64,000 nucleotides of DNA from Psammoneis japonica (taxonomy: Eukaryota), in contig QPGO01000088.1 in the NCBI GenBank assembly GCA_008632985.1, positions 1-64,000 on the forward strand. The letters are read 5' to 3'. The translations under genes were made by a program, and so were the position numbers. Of this stretch, positions 63,393-64,000 are shown piece by piece (position 1 is the first letter of the stretch; every line of letters begins with the position of its first letter). The notes under the pieces were generated by a model that ran no database searches, had not been told where the DNA came from, and worked only from the letters and a program-made list of their open reading frames with translations.

Positions 63393-64000
63393 CTAATTCT
63401 CACGTGTGTCAATATCCACAAGACTTGCTTCACTTGTTCTCGTCGAACTGAGTTGCATATTCCACATGTCGGCATACTGCCCTCCCAGAGCTAGCAAATC
63501 GTCATGGGTACCTTCTTCGGCAACCTTGCCATCGTCCAATACAATGATATTGTCAGCATTTCTAATCGTTCCCAAACGGTGAGCAATCACTAGCACAGTC
63601 CGATGGTCCCCCAACTTGTCAAGAGCCGCTTGGACCGACTTTTCCGTGATTGTATCCAATGCTGACGTTGCCTCATCTAATATGACAATTGGTGGGTTCT
63701 TAAGCAAACATCGGGCAATGGCAGTGCGTTGCTTCTCGCCGCCACTGAGCTTCAGTCCTCTATCCCCGACCATCGTGTCCCACCCATCCGGGAGAGACTT
63801 GATGAAGTTTGTCAGTTGGGCCGCTTCGGCAACTTCATCCAACTCCTCTTGTGTGGCATCTCGCCTTCCGTAGCGGATGTTTTCCCCGATAGTATCATTG
63901 AACAATGTAGTTGTCTGTGGCACGACGCCAATCATGTCTCTGACAGACTTCTGTTTCGCCATTCTTACGTCCACGCCATTAACTTTAACGGCACCACCAA
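63393..64000 (-). CDS. ABC transporter subfamily B (ATM1/HMT1-like) C-terminal NBD, partial
   Basis: IGVVPQ..LFNDTI.ENIRYG, VGDRGLKLSGGEKQR, ILDEATSALD, IAHRLGTI. Runs off the window edge. Confidence 0.9.
   Translation of the reverse strand, partial: GGAVKVNGVDVRMAKQKSVRDMIGVVPQTTTLFNDTIGENIRYGRRDATQEELDEVAEAAQLTNFIKSLPDGWDTMVGDRGLKLSGGEKQRTAIARCLLKNPPIVILDEATSALDTITEKSVQAALDKLGDHRTVLVIAHRLGTIRNADNIIVLDDGKVAEEGTHDDLLALGGQYADMWNMQLSSTRTSEASLVDIDTREN

Overview
Eukaryotic genomic DNA, most consistent with a diatom or related stramenopile (compact genes, 68-99 nt GT-AG introns in the ABCC and annexin genes; taxon is an inference). The window has two compartments. (1) Normal-composition DNA: a gene island at ~23.1-39.2 kb (RING-ankyrin-2OG oxygenase, tRNA-Gly(CCC), CASP golgin, ABCC transporter, prolyl-4-hydroxylase-like, flavin amine oxidase, TFIIH p34), annexin plus a partial ABCB at 62-64 kb, two intact MITEs at 13-1902, and decayed gene copies at 16.5-22 kb and 60.7-61.6 kb. 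(2) Two large blocks of decayed transposons and cargo genes (~2.0-16.3 kb and ~39.9-60.7 kb). The most striking signal is that TpA is almost completely erased in these blocks in favour of TpG/CpA. This holds even where CpG is still abundant (hand count: 0 TpA and 20 CpG in 53881-54180). Internal duplications show TA-vs-TG/CA differences, and conserved motifs read Cys/His where Tyr is expected. This points to a repeat-targeted T:A->C:G hypermutation at TpA, opposite in direction to fungal RIP and separate from methyl-CpG decay. Block 2 also holds a long ORF with a TET/JBP-like HxD segment followed by a possible aGPT-pyrophosphorylase-like segment beside Plavaka-like remnants, a speculative element-borne DNA-modification module. 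Most short Cys/His-rich ORFs in the track over these blocks are artefacts of lost TAA/TAG stops. Family calls for decayed elements come from remembered motifs, not database searches.
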